NCBI GenBank assembly: GCA_043228905.1
Contig: JBHGNT010000012.1
Location: 9,486,001-9,550,000, forward strand
Reading direction: 5' to 3'
DNA length: 64,000 bases
Source: Azolla caroliniana
Lineage: Eukaryota; Plantae; Polypodiophyta
A program made the translations under genes and the position numbers. This document shows positions 39,201 through 50,056 of the stretch, in pieces (positions within the stretch are counted from its first letter, which is position 1; each line of letters opens with the position of its first letter). The notes under the pieces were generated by a model. It worked only from the letters and a program-made list of their open reading frames with translations. It was not told where the DNA came from and searched no databases.

Positions 39201-41911
39201 CAGAAGAATCCCGTAAAGCGGTACGGGTACAATGAGTACATGGTGCATCACTATGCGTACATGACCAAGGTGGCGGAAGTGCGTGAGCCGGAGTGCTATG
39301 CAGAAGCGGCAAAGGACGCAAATTGGCGTGCCACTATGGAGGAAGACATGCGGGCACTTGATGCCAATGACACATGGGACCTAGTTGACCCTCCCCGATG
39401 CTCTAAACTGATCGAATGTAAGTGGGTATACAAGGTAAAGTACAATGCCGACAATTCGGTTAACCGGTACAAGACCCGGTTAGTGGCAAAGGGATACGCG
39501 TAGACCCACGGAATCGACTAATTCGCGACCTTCGCTCCAGTAGCGAAGATGACGACAGTTCGTGTGGTGCTGGCGGTTGCTATGGTAAGGGAGTGGCATC
39601 TTCACCAAATGGACGTCAAGAATGCATTTCTTCAAGGCGATCTTGAAGAAGAGGCCTTTATGACCCAACCTCCCAGTTTCCAGACGGAGATGAACAAGCC
39701 GATAGTATGCCACCTGAAGAAGTCACTTTATGGCTTGAAGCAAGCCCCCTGAGCTTGGAATGCGAAGATCATGCACCGGTTGCATAAGATGGGGTTTGTG
39801 ACCTCCAATTCCGACTCTTCATTGTTCATCCGGCAAGGTACAAACAGTCTAGTTTACATCTTATTGTACGTTGATGATCTAGTCATCATTGGACCTAGAC
39901 TTGATGAAATCAGTCGAGTCAAGTCCCAGCTGTCGGACGCATTTGAAATGAAGGACCTGGGGGACCTTCACTATTTCCTTGGGAACGAGGTGATCCGAAC
40001 CCCCGACGGCATATTGCTCTCACAAAGACACTATGTGTTGAATATGTTGTACAAGTTCGGCATGACGGAATGCCGACCGATCTCCACACCCCTGGACCGG
40101 AATTAGAAGCTCCGTCCCGACTCCAGACCAGCCAGCGATGAGAAGCAGTTCTGACAAATCATCAGAAGCCTTATATATTTGACAATCACCCGACCCGAAA
40201 TCAGCTATCCAGTCAGCGTGATCAACCAATATATGCAGAAGCCGACCGTGGAGCACCTTTTGTGTGCGCATCAAATTTTGCGATATGTGAGCGGCACAAA
40301 GGAACGGGGACTGTTATACCGGCATAGTATAACTGAAGAGCTAGTCGGCTACACCGATGCCGAGTGGGCCGGCAATGTATCGGATCGCCGATCCACCTCT
40401 GGCTATATGTTTTCCCTTGGTAGCGCGGCTATAGCATGGAGTAGCAAAAAGGTGCCAACAGTGGCCCTTTTGAGCATTGAGGCTGAATACCGGGGCGCTT
40501 CCATTGCCACCTGTGAAGGCATTTGGCTTCGGCGACTACTGCAAGACTTGTGGATCGAGGTGCCGACCCCGATCCTGATCTACTATGACAACATAAGCAG
40601 CATGCATCTCGCCAAGAACCCCGTATTCCATGCTCGCACAAAGCACATAAAAGTGCACTACCACTTTGTGCGTGAGCGTGTCCTGAGCAGTGAAGTCAAA
40701 CTTTGGTATGTTCATACGGATCGGCAAGTTGCCGATATCTTCACCAAACTGCTCGGATCGGACAAGCTGCAGCACTTCACCGAAATGCTTGGTGTTTAAC
40801 ATCTCGTCGTGCCACACTTGAGGGGGAGAACGGGCAAAGACACCGGAATGGGCAAAGGCAAAGAAATTGTTGATTGCACTGGTGATGGAAGATTCGACAA
40901 TGGGAGAAACAAGAAGAAGAAAGGAGCCGATTCAGAAAAGGAAGTTGACACATCCGAACAAGTCGGAACAGGTGGCAATGGCGGTAAAGTCAAGAAGGAC
41001 AGAGCCGGTCGGAAGAAGAAGGCCAAGACCCGGACATGGTCCGATGTGGTGAAGGGCCTGGAACCGGAAGTTGAATCGGGAGCGACTGATTCGGACAAGA
41101 GCTAGAACGAATCGGAGAAAGCCGATTCGGTTCAACAGACGAATTCGGAAGAACCGGATCGATTCAAGGCCAAGAGGACAAGAAGGCAGCGAAAGTCGAC
41201 GCCAACACGAAGGAATCGGCAAATCGGCAAGCGCCAAAGTCACAGCAGCGATGGAGCTGAAATGGACCTGTTGAGCGGACAAGCCGACCCAGGAGGTCGA
41301 GGTGTGCAACAACAGAAGGGTCGCGGCAAACGGGACCAGACCGGACGAGGAGCGTGAGCGAGGCGGAGTGACGCCAGAAGGAGCCAGATGGAAGGACCGG
41401 CTGCCATGGAGACTGACACTATGATCCGACCTCAAGTGGAGCTTGATGGTGAGTGTTGAGCACCAAGTTGAACCGGATCCGGATCGGCTGAAGAAGCCTG
41501 AGCCGGATTGGCATCTGGAAGGATGAGCCGGATTGGTTAGACGGTGAGCAAGTGAGCAAGTGAGCCGGTGAGCTGGGGAGCCGGTTAGCCGGATCAAGTA
41601 GTAACCGGAAGCCAAGTAGCAGCTAGACTACTAGATAGTTAAGGTCTTGTAATTAGTGTCAGATGCTCGTGTGAGCATTGAAGTACACCTTAATTCTGTT
41701 AGTTCGTATGGACTTGTATAAAAGTGTTCACTGAACACATACGATGTATAGAGTATTCCACACTTTTAGAGTTATTTTTGAATAGAGTTTATGTTTTGCT
41801 CTTACTCTCCCTCTCTATCTCTTCTGCATAATGTGTATATTCAAGCTCTCCATTAAACTTGTGTTTCTGTGTTTTCAGTTTTCTATTGATTCCGCACACT
41901 ATTCTTTCACA
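36210..41911 (+). mobile_element. Ty1/copia element II (same family group as I)
   Basis: LTRs 36210-36631 and 41454-41911, TSD GAACG, PBS TGGTAACAGAGC 36632-36643. Confidence 0.95.
36714..41105 (+). pseudogene. Copia II gag-pol
   Basis: Same motifs as copia I: [46 protein letters not shown]. Confidence 0.92.
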
Positions 41912-43128
41912 GAACGTTATCTCCCAAATTTGGAATTTGCTTACAACAGCTCCAAGCATACGTCGATTGGATATAGTCCTTTTATGTTGATGTATGGTTT
42001 TCAGCCACGAGTCCCGATTGATGTTAATATACATTATGATGAGTTGCGAAGTATGCAAAACTTTCTTCGGGATATGCCAGATATGTTGCATATTGCACGA
42101 GATAATTTAAAAATAGCTCAAGATAGAGCGCGTTTTTATGCCGATCATAATCGGCAAGCTCGTGTATTCAACCCTGGACAGAAGGTAGGTTTAAGTGTAC
42201 CTCACAATTCTAAGACATTGTCTAAGGGAAAGTGCGCTACGTTAGCCCCATGGTTTTGTGGACCTTTTACATTCCTCAAACGCATTGGGTCATCAGCCTA
42301 TCGTCTTGCTCTTCTCGATGGTGTTGAAATTCATCTAGTTTTTCATGTGAGTCGTCTAAAAGACCTTCTAGGTTCTGGTGACAATATTGTTACAACTGAA
42401 ACTCTGGTTACTTCTGAAGAATTATATCTTCTAAACCACATGCACCAGAAAGAATTCTCGATATTAAAACAAAAAAATTACGTATTAAAGAAATACAAGA
42501 ATTTAAAATAAAATGGATGGATAAATCAATAAAAGATGCCACATGGGAATGCGAAAATACTCTCAGAACTAACTTCCCTAACTTTCTATTGGAAGAGTGC
42601 AATGTTTTAAAGAGGGAGAGTATGTTACGGGCATGACCATATAATATCCCGTGGTGAGAATTTACCGTAGTATTCTATACACGTGGATAAGTGTGAGGGT
42701 TAAATGAGAGTGTAAAGAAGGGGAGGATTACTTTTAGTCCACAGGATTGAGACAACCCATTAGGCCAAGTGTGAACTTGCTTGGGGGCCTTGGGTATCGT
42801 TATAAATAAGAGGCCTAGCTACTCCTTGTATTGGACATTGATGTGCTTAACATTGTTCCCGAGGCACCGAAATTGACACCACTGAAAATATAACTCTCTT
42901 TTTAAACACTCTTTTGAAACTTTATCAAGTGTGCACTTGTTTTGATGTCATCGACTCAATGACAATTTGGCTGAGTGGTCTACGGCGCTGGATTTAGGCT
43001 CCAATCCAAAAGGGCATTTTAACACTCTCCATTTGAACATTGTCGCCCAATGAAAATGTCACTCTCTTTTTTAACACTCTTTTGCAACTGTATCCAGTGT
43101 GCACTACTTTTAATGTCATCAACCCATC

Positions 43129-43208
43129 GACAATTTGGTCGAGTGGTCTAAGGCGTTGGATTTAGGCTCCAATACAAAAGGGCGTGGGTTCAAATTCCAC
43201 GGTTGTCA
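43129..43208 (+). tRNA. tRNA-Leu(UAG) copy, near-intact
   Basis: A and B boxes are present and the acceptor and anticodon stems pair; the variable arm has mismatches. Confidence 0.5.
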
Positions 43209-43459
43209 TTACTGGATTGAAACAATCTACCAATACCAAACTTTTCATGGAACACCTATTATGTTATTCTTCTCCAAAACAAGGCCGTAGAAAACATTAA
43301 ACATATTCTTTCTTTGACCTAGTGTTTGCATTACACATTCTGTGCTTATCATTGTTGCCCACCCACTGAAATTGACACCACTTCAAATATTACTGCCTTT
43401 TTTTACACTCTTATGCAATTTTATCAATGATGTATTTCTTTAGATGGCATAAATACATT

Positions 43460-43539
43460 GACAATGTGTCCCAGTGGTTTAAGGCATTGGATTTAGGCTC
43501 TATTTTGAAATGGCGATGGTTCAAATCCCACGGTTGTCA
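43460..43539 (+). pseudogene. tRNA-Leu(UAG) pseudogene
   Basis: 80-nt homologue with many stem mismatches. Confidence 0.8.
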
Positions 43540-43998
43540 TTAGCTAATTGAGATAACCTAGCATTTCATGAAATTACTACTACGTTATTCTTGTACAAAA
43601 TAGGGCGCTATAAAACTTTGAACGTATTCCTTGTTAGACGTAGTGCTTGCATTGCACATTGATCTGCTTAAAAATTTTGCACAACAACCTAAATTGACAA
43701 CACTTAAAGTATCACTTTCTGTTTTAACACTATTTTGCAGTTTTATCAAGTGTGCAATTCAAGCATTGGATTTAGGCTACAATTCGAATGGGTGTGGGTT
43801 CAAATCCCGCAGTTGTCATTAGTGGATTGAAGCAATTTAGAATTTCCAAACTTTTCATGGAACAATTATTACGTTATTCTTCTCAAAATCAAGGCCGTAG
43901 AAAACTTTAAACATATTTTTTCTTCGACCTAGTGCTTGCATTACATGCCTTGGGTCAACCTCGACTATTTACCCTCACATCGACTTGACCGCTTCACT

Positions 43999-44700
43999 TG
44001 CTGTTCCAGTTCTTGGTGAGGGCCACATGGTCCCTCACGTCCGTTCATGTTCTAGTTCTCGTTGAGGGCCGCATGGTCACTCACGCTCGTTCGTGTTCAG
44101 TTCTCGGTGAGGACCGCATGGTCACTCATGTCCGTTCGTGTTCTGTTCTCGGTGAGGGTCACATGGTCACTCATGCCCTTTCGTGTTTTTGATGAGGACC
44201 GCAGATAGTCGCTCACATCCAGTTCTTGATGAGGGCCACACAAGGTCGCTCACGTCCGCTCGTGTTCCAGTTCTCAATGAGGGCTACATGGTCGCTCACA
44301 TCCGTTTGTGTTCAGTTCTCGGTGAGGGCCGCATGGTCACTTATGCCCTTTCGTGTTTTCGATGAGGACCGCAGATGGTCGCTCACGTTCTAGTTCCATA
44401 TGAGGGCCACACATGGTCACTCATCGTCGTTCGTGTTTAGTTCTCCGTGAGGGCTGCATGGTTGCTCACATCCATTGGAGTTCGTGTTCCAACTATCAGT
44501 GAGGAACGACATGGTCGCTCATGCCCGTTGGTGTTCGTGTTCCCTGTGAGGACCACACATGGTCACTCATGCTCGTTGGTATTCGTGTTCAAGTCTTCGG
44601 CGACGACCGCACATGGTCGCTCACTCCAGCTATTGTTCGTGTTCCAGATCCTGGCGAGGACCGACATGGTTGCTCATGCCTGCTGTTGTTCATGTTTCAA
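43999..44700 (+). repeat. ~45-bp GC-rich tandem repeat in the 3' UTR of truncated gypsy K
   Basis: GAGGGCCGCATGGTC(A/G)CTCA...GTTCGTGTTC units, e.g. at 44064, 44109 and 44154. Confidence 0.9.
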
Positions 44701-44753
44701 TTCCCATCCACCCCTACACCACGCTTTTCCGGGGGATGTAAAGGGCAAGATAA

Positions 44754-45253
44754 TGTCACGACACAACGAATCTCTTAAATACGTAGTTAGTGAGGATTGA
44801 ACCTGTAACCTAAGAGCTACAAGATGTCATGTTGAACCATTTTGACATGAGCATGCATTTGTATATAATGGTTTAGTATTCTATAGTCTAGCATATAATA
44901 CAATTCAAAATCATAATATTCTAGAAATATTGTACGACATATTCTAGACGAGTATATTGTAGAGATATTTCTCCAGTATATTCTAGAGATATTCAATCTC
45001 GGAACATGTATAAATATTTGTAACCGCCTTGGTCCCTTTCAAGGGATTCAACACCAGTCATTGACACATCAATCTAGTATTCGCGTTTCGCCTCATCTTT
45101 GTCTCCTTGATCTTTATTTCTGTCTTCATGCCCTCATGTCCCTCACAACATCTAGAGTTCCTAACCTCGTCACATGTAGCTCCAAGTTCATCCGTCACTC
45201 GTAGCCCCATCATATGTGCTTCATCCTAGTCCGCGCTTGGTTTGTCCATGACA
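44754..45253 (+). repeat. 3' LTR of truncated gypsy K (Tcn1-like)
   Basis: Termini TGTCA...TGACA, purine tract upstream, and TATA followed by ...TTCAACACC as in F. Confidence 0.7.
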
Positions 45254-45283
45254 ATACCGGAACCCATCTTACGCAACCGGTTC

Positions 45284-46395
45284 TGTTGGGAGACAGGTTC
45301 CTCCGGATGGGAAGGGAGGAGAACAGTGCTGATGAACAAACTCCGGGTATGTAATGACATATGTAGGGGGAGCTATTTCGTGGCAGTTGAGGTTGCAGAA
45401 GATGGTTGCATTGTCAACCACAAAGGCGGAGTACATGGCGGCTTTGGAAGCCGGCAAGGAAATATTATGGATGAAGGACTTCATCGGAGAGCTCGGTATC
45501 CGGCAAGATGAATACCGACTCTATTGCGATAGTCAAAGTGCCATCCATCTTGCTAAGAATGCGGCCTACCATTCCACGACGAAGCATATCCAGCGAAGAT
45601 ATCACTAGATCCGGGAAAGAGTAGATGACCAGGAGTTCGCACTGACGAAGATCCACACGGCCGAGAACGGGTCAGATATGTTGACCAAAGTGCTGATACC
45701 CGACAAGCTAGACGCATGTCGGAAGAGGATCGGACTAGTAAGACACCCCATGTCGGAGTGAAGGGGGAGTTTGTTGGGAGACATGTCCCTCCGGATGGGA
45801 AGGGAGGAGAACAGTGTTGATGAACAAACTCGGCCGAGGCCGGAACCGGATGAGGAGTACCCGGCTAGGGAGAGCCGGATGGTGCAGACCCGGTGGGAAC
45901 CGGATGAGGAGTACCCGGCTACGGAGAGCCGGATGGTGAAGACCGGGTGAGGAGTGCTCACCGGATGAAGAGACATATTCGTAAATATGTTTTTGAGAGT
46001 CCATAGAGGCTATATTTGTAAATAGCCGAAAAGTCATATTAGTATAAATATGACTTAGGGCAAACTTTTAGTAGTTGTTGTCGTTTTTTGCTTTTGCACA
46101 AGAATATAGCGCGTAACAGTGTACAGAGAGAAAGAGAGAGTCTGTTGTAACCACCGCCTGTGGCGAAGATCGTGAGCACGAGGTCATCCAGGAACTCACT
46201 GTTGTACATTCTAGCATAGTGATAGTTTGTAGCCTGTGGGCTCCCGTGGTTTTTCCCTAGTTTGGGTTTTCCACGTAAACATCCTGTGTACTCTTCTTTT
46301 CTTTGTGTCGTGCGTTTCATTTCCCGTTTTCTGTGTATGATTCTAAGCTCGGTTGAGGCCGAGCGTTGCGTATAGGGAGCGTGCAGTTCCCGTCA
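45284..46395 (+). mobile_element. Internally deleted copia D (Tork/Tnt1-like)
   Basis: TSD GGTTC. A 5' LTR stub 45284-~45345 is fused to RNase H (VALSTTKAEY...CDSQSAIHLAKN...TKHI), then PPT AAGGGGGAG and 3' LTR 45772-46395. Confidence 0.9.
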
Positions 46396-46831
46396 GGTTC
46401 GTGATTTTTGAATTCCAAGTGAAGGGGGCTTGCTTAAGTCGACGGAGTGTCAACTTGTTCATCTCTGACTGAAACCCGGGGGGCTGGTGTTGTTGGGATG
46501 GGGGCTGAAGCCTAGAATGGCGTCACCCCCATCCCAAGGGGGGTTATGATAAAGAGAGCTAAAGAGAAAGACAAATAGAAAATGACACAAAATGAGATGG
46601 GAAAAATGTATATCCATTACTTGCCCCATAAGGGGTTTATATAATACATAATGTAACGGTAAATAATGACCATTACAAAAGAGACGACCGTTACACTCTT
46701 GTCACATGCACATAATTGTGCATGTGCTCACACATACTCATGCTCACACTCATATACATTACACATACTGAACAACCCCTTTAACGTGTTTCACCCTTAT
46801 ACCGCACCGTACAACTCCTACGGGTAACACA

Positions 46832-46848
46832 TGGCACACCTGTGGGAC
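46832..46848 (+). promoter_or_regulatory. Inverted tRNA-Arg PBS-like site at the PPT position of B
   Basis: TGGCACACCTGTGGGAC, 2 nt from the LTR. Confidence 0.75.
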
Positions 46849-48987
46849 AGTGCATCGCATGGTGAACCCACTCGCCCTGGCAACTATTAACGACCAGAAC
46901 CCCATCGGTCGTCTCAACGGTCAGAAATCCATCGACCAGATTATAGCTTTACAATCGATAACTTCGATCGAAGCATTGCTTGACTCGAACCTTCTCGTTC
47001 GGTCAGCATGTCGCTCAATTGGATCCCACACCAATTGGCTCATCTATTGCGGCTTGGGTCTTTTCATGATTTTGTTACATGTATCTGTATTTTCGGTTTC
47101 GTCATGTGAATTGAGCTTTGTATATTTTTACCCTTGGTCTCGAAGAAATTTTTACCCTCAAAATTTTTGATTTTTTTTTTTTTATGCCCTTCAGTTCTCG
47201 AAATTTCTTCTTCTGCCCTCAAGCTTCTAAAATTCCGTACTCCTTGCGCTTTTGAAATTTTGTCTTCTCTGCCCTTATGTTTCTAAAATTTCTCTTCATA
47301 TCCCTCTTCTCTCTCTTCGTTTCCTTCTGTCTCCTCTTTTTCTTCTTTCTTTTCTTCTTGTGCGATCTTCTCTTCTTCTGCTTCTTCTTCCTCCTCTTCG
47401 TTTCTACCATCTTCTTGTTGTTTGTCTTCGCTTACTTCCTTGCCTTCTTTTTGTCGCTGTCCTCCTCTCATTTCTTCCTTTTCTGTCTCCTCTTGGCGCC
47501 ATCTCTGTCCATCATCCGTCTCTCTTTGCCGACTATCGGCTTGCTATCTGTCTTGCTCTATCCGCTGGCTGCTGGCTGCCGGTTGTCCTACCATTTGTCG
47601 GACATCGGTTCAACCGTTGTTGTTCGGCCGCCTGCTATCTGTGGCCAACAGAGACAATGGCGACCGGCTTCCTGTCTGGCCGCCTCTACGTCGGTTGTAG
47701 CCGTTTGTCGGTCATCGGCGGCGGCGGCGGCGGCCGGCCGATGTCTCTGTTCGCCATCGCTGTCACCGTCAGCTTCTTCGCCGTTCGCTGGTCGTTTCTG
47801 TATGGTCGCCGCTGTCTCTGTCGGCTGCCTGCCCACTGGCCCACTCTCTACCGGCCAGTCGTTCGGCTGTCTCCGTTGCCGCCCGAATGGCTCTATCAGA
47901 CGGACGTCAATTGTCCCCCCAAGCACCACTCATCGACCTCTTCCTAGAAAGTATTGTGGCCACTGAAGATTCTTCTTGCCTTTGCATTGGTTGTTGCCTC
48001 ATCTGCTGATTATGAAGAGCACCTTCAGGCTTCATTGCAATGCTCCTCTCACAAGATACTGGCCTCTGCTAAACCCTAAGCCCTAAACCGTTCAGGCTTG
48101 GGGGATGCGCTGCACTGACCATATGTTGTTGGCGACTGTGTCTAGATCTTTCTTGTGGCAGAGGGTACCATTCCCCTCATCTCACCCGCTCTTCTTGGCT
48201 AAATCTGAGTTTCTTGAGAATCCCATTGACAGTATTCCCTTTCTTCACGAGAAACTCATGGTCCCATGTCTTTATACTCTGATGATTTTCAGTATGACAT
48301 CTCTCCATCTCCGAAGGGTTGTATAATAGAACTTGAAACCAGTTCTCTACAACAATTTTGGGTGATTCTTTCATCAGTCCCTTCAGCTTCTCCTCGGCTA
48401 GATCACAAATCTTTCTTTGAGACTCAAATCTTGGTTTATTCTTGCTTGTTCCTTGTATATGCTATACATTGTTGCATAGTGTCTCTAATCGTCTTCTCAA
48501 GGCATACTCCATATCGAGACTTTGATTCCAACCATTTCTTTTGCTTGTCAAGCTTCATAGGCAGTATTGAGATCTCCATTGCTGGCTGGCTCCCACACAG
48601 ACAGTACACGCACAAAACCACACTCTTTTCACACAAAGATTGGTTGACACAGAGAGAGGGAAAGAGAGAGAGATTAGTGATGGAGAGGGAAAGTGAGAGA
48701 GGGGGAGTGTATCCAACAACAGAAAGACACAAAGAGAGAGAGAGAGAGAGAGATAGTTCCTCTCAATCACACGCTTGTCACTGTTACCATGGCCAGTTGT
48801 TGTGGACTTTCCCGCATCAGCCATGGCCAAAAGCAACATCTCTTATATGTATCTTCTCCTTCGCCATGACTGCAAATACCAACAAATAGTAGAACAAGGC
48901 AGATTGAGAGAGACACAGACACACACACATATTTAGAAACACAGAGACGTAGTCAGGGAGGGAGTGACTTCCTCTCAAAGGAGGGTC

Positions 48988-49005
48988 GTCCCACCGGGCA
49001 TCCCA
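48988..49005 (-). promoter_or_regulatory. PBS of B (tRNA-Arg UCU-like)
   Basis: Minus strand TGGGATGCCCGGTGGGAC, 4 nt (GTTT) from the LTR. Confidence 0.75.
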
Positions 49006-50056
49006 AAACTCTTGTTGGGGTGGGGGGTGAAGCCTAGAATGGCTTCACCCCCATCCCAAGGGGGGTTACGATAAAGAGAGCTAAAGCATAAGACAAATAC
49101 AAAATGACACAAAATGAGAGGGGAAAAATGTATATCCATTACTTGCCCCATAAGGGGTTTATATAATACATAATGTAACGGTAAATAATGACTGTTACAA
49201 AAGAAACGACCGTTACACTCTTGTCACATGCACATAATTGTGCATGTGCTCACACATACTCATCCCCACACTCATATACATTACACATACCGAATAACCC
49301 CTTTAACGTGTTTTACGCTTATACTGCACCGTACAACTGCTACGGGTAACAGTTGGATCATCTAAACCCGCTCTTCGAGGTCACTATTGTCCGCCGGAAT
49401 AGTTACCGACAGACAAGAGCGCAGTAATATGGAATAGAATAATATTGTAACGCATGTAATGGTTCACGCAGGAAGCGTGAACGGCTAAAAAACCTTGCGT
49501 ATATAAAGGGCAGAAAACCTCTAATAGAGGTAGCGTATAATTTTGAATGTAGAAGGCATATCTTAATAGAGTTCTATCTTCTCTGATATGTGTGCGTATT
49601 TGTGGTTAATCTACTGTCTGTCTGTAATCTTTAGGAGCGTAGGCGTGAGTAACAGTGTGTGCGCTAGCCCACTGTCTAAGGAGCTCAGTTGTGGCTGTAT
49701 CCCTTATACGTTGCTAGGTTACGGGAGGTATCCCACTAAGTATTACGCATAGACGCTACCATTCGTTGTCACACAGTCACTTTGAGGTCTAGGTCGAGGG
49801 ACTAACCATAGACCGTGTTACTAATCGGTAACACTTTTGGCATGCTTGGTGATGTGTCTTCTAACAGAAGAACAACGACGAATGGAGGTTTAGCCGCAGA
49901 CGCCCTAGAGAACCAACACGACAAGACCGGCCAATCACAAGGTCCATCACGCGCCAGGCAGAGGAACGCGCACAACGAAAGCCTCGCATCAGTGACCTCA
50001 GTACTACCTATCGGGACAACAAAGACGATTTCCCACTCTCCAAATACCTCGGCGAT

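Larger units (their letters stand above)
33263..42822 (+). mobile_element. Chromovirus family G, copy G2 (rearranged, LTR 42623-42822 truncated)
   Basis: Gag tail, duplicated protease, RT (FLDDILVYS), a deletion at ~36100, integrase tail and chromodomain at 41917-42620, PPT AGAGGGAGAG. Confidence 0.88.
42823..43948 (+). repeat. tRNA-Leu satellite, block 2
   Basis: Same monomer. tRNA cores at 42961-43015 (5' part), 43129-43208, 43460-43539 and 43761-43818 (3' part). Confidence 0.95.
46488..49351 (-). mobile_element. Non-autonomous LTR element B (LARD/TRIM-like) with two opposed tRNA-Arg sites
   Basis: 342-bp LTRs 46488-46829 and 49010-49351, TSD GCTGG/GTTGG, no gag/pol motifs. Confidence 0.9.

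Noticed and set aside
47252-47966. Hydrophobic 229-231 aa ORFs as membrane or env proteins
   Set aside because: They arise from CTT-rich low-complexity DNA that is open in several frames inside non-coding element B, with no recognisable domain.
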